Of a stretch of 64,000 nt of DNA, positions 63,212-64,000 are shown piece after piece; the stretch's first letter is position 1; each line of letters starts with the position of its first letter. The stretch is from Amphiscolops sp. MND2022 (Eukaryota). The position numbers were made by a program, and so were the translations under genes. The DNA lies in assembly GCA_964187785.1 (NCBI GenBank), contig OZ076411.1, positions 31,124,001-31,188,000 on the forward strand. Direction: 5' to 3'. Under the pieces are notes generated by a model. That model was not told the DNA's origin. It made no database searches and saw nothing but the letters and a program-made list of their open reading frames with translations.

Positions 63212-63852
63212 ATATGCTTTGTTGCTTGAATAAAAAAGAAAGATTTGCCTTTGAATGAAAAAAGCGATAATGGTCTTTTAACTGCATGTACCACTCTGGT
63301 TCGAAATAATTGGAAGCGAACGATACAATTTTCAATTTTATATAAAAGTCTTGAAAGTATCAATGTTTTATATTTCAATCACAAAAGATTGGGAGCTGAA
63401 ACGTTATAAACCAAAAATGTTTTGAACTACGACATCATTCAACAAGTCGTCGGCGTCCCGCTTCAGGCTCAGAAAGGGGAAGCCTTTTGAATATTCTCAA
63501 GTACAATTATTGAAAAAACCGTCATCAATTTCCAAAACCAAAAATACGCAAATGCAAAAAATGCCCCCTATTTTTGAGGGTCGAAAACGCTGTTATCCAA
63601 CTGAAAACATCGAAAACCTCTAAGAAGCTTTGTGTGAGATGAAAAAAATGTTCGAAAAAAGTAACATAATGCCAAAAATTCAAAGATCGTTTTGAAAACA
63701 CAAAAAAACGGATCTACGTTCTGCTTGCGTATAGCACGCACCCTTAGGCGAAGTAGCGGGACAAAAATGAAGAAACGACGAAGTTTAGAGAATTTATGGT
63801 ATTTATTAGTCCGTGGTCTTCAAAAAAGTCACTAAAAAGAGTGCAGAGTAAA

Positions 63853-64000
63853 AAACAAGCCGGACCGGCCCAAGTCGGTGCCATATCTAAGGCTCAAAAA
63901 CAGCAAAAAGACTTCAAAATGTCAACGTATTGGTGAATTGGGGACCCTTTTATGAATTTTTTTTTGCAAAAAAAGTCTCACAATACCGGAAAAAACTGAA
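63853..64000. repeat. Start of an inverted copy of the 38260-38970 repeat family
   Basis: AAAACAAGCCGGACCGGCCCAAGTCGGTGCCATATCTAAGGCTCAAAAA is the reverse-complement counterpart of about 38925-38970. GTCTCACAAT units follow. Confidence 0.75.

Overview
Eukaryotic, AT-rich, transposon-dense window. The LTR families look animal-like and remind me of acoel flatworm assemblies, but that is inference only. Host content is two exons of a claudin/PMP22-like gene (+, 36664-36766 joined to 44682-45163) and the last exon of pelota (-, 45374-45585). The rest is mobile DNA: the 5' half of a Gypsy element (1-6635), decayed Mag-like Gypsy, CRE-like non-LTR and Copia remnants, a 15.5-kb Gypsy element with 1.5-kb LTRs and a GTGAC target-site duplication (TSD) (18985-34536), a hAT element with an 8-bp TSD (46582-48999), MITE/SINE-like repeats, and a young 13.5-kb env-bearing Gypsy element with identical 332-bp LTRs and an ATATG TSD (49737-63211). 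This last element is the main finding. Besides gag, pol and a class-I-like env, it has (i) a TARG1/OARD1-type macrodomain at the pol C-terminus with both catalytic residues kept, (ii) an intact three-exon antisense gene, invisible in the ORF track, encoding an HHCC zinc-finger-like module plus an OTU-like cysteine protease, and (iii) an antisense small type-I membrane protein gene. This cargo resembles viral ADP-ribose/ubiquitin counter-defence kits. The related 15.5-kb element independently carries an intron-containing antisense BED-finger gene and an LTR-encoded ORF that reads through the primer-binding site (PBS) into gag. All domain calls are motif recognition by eye; no database search was run.
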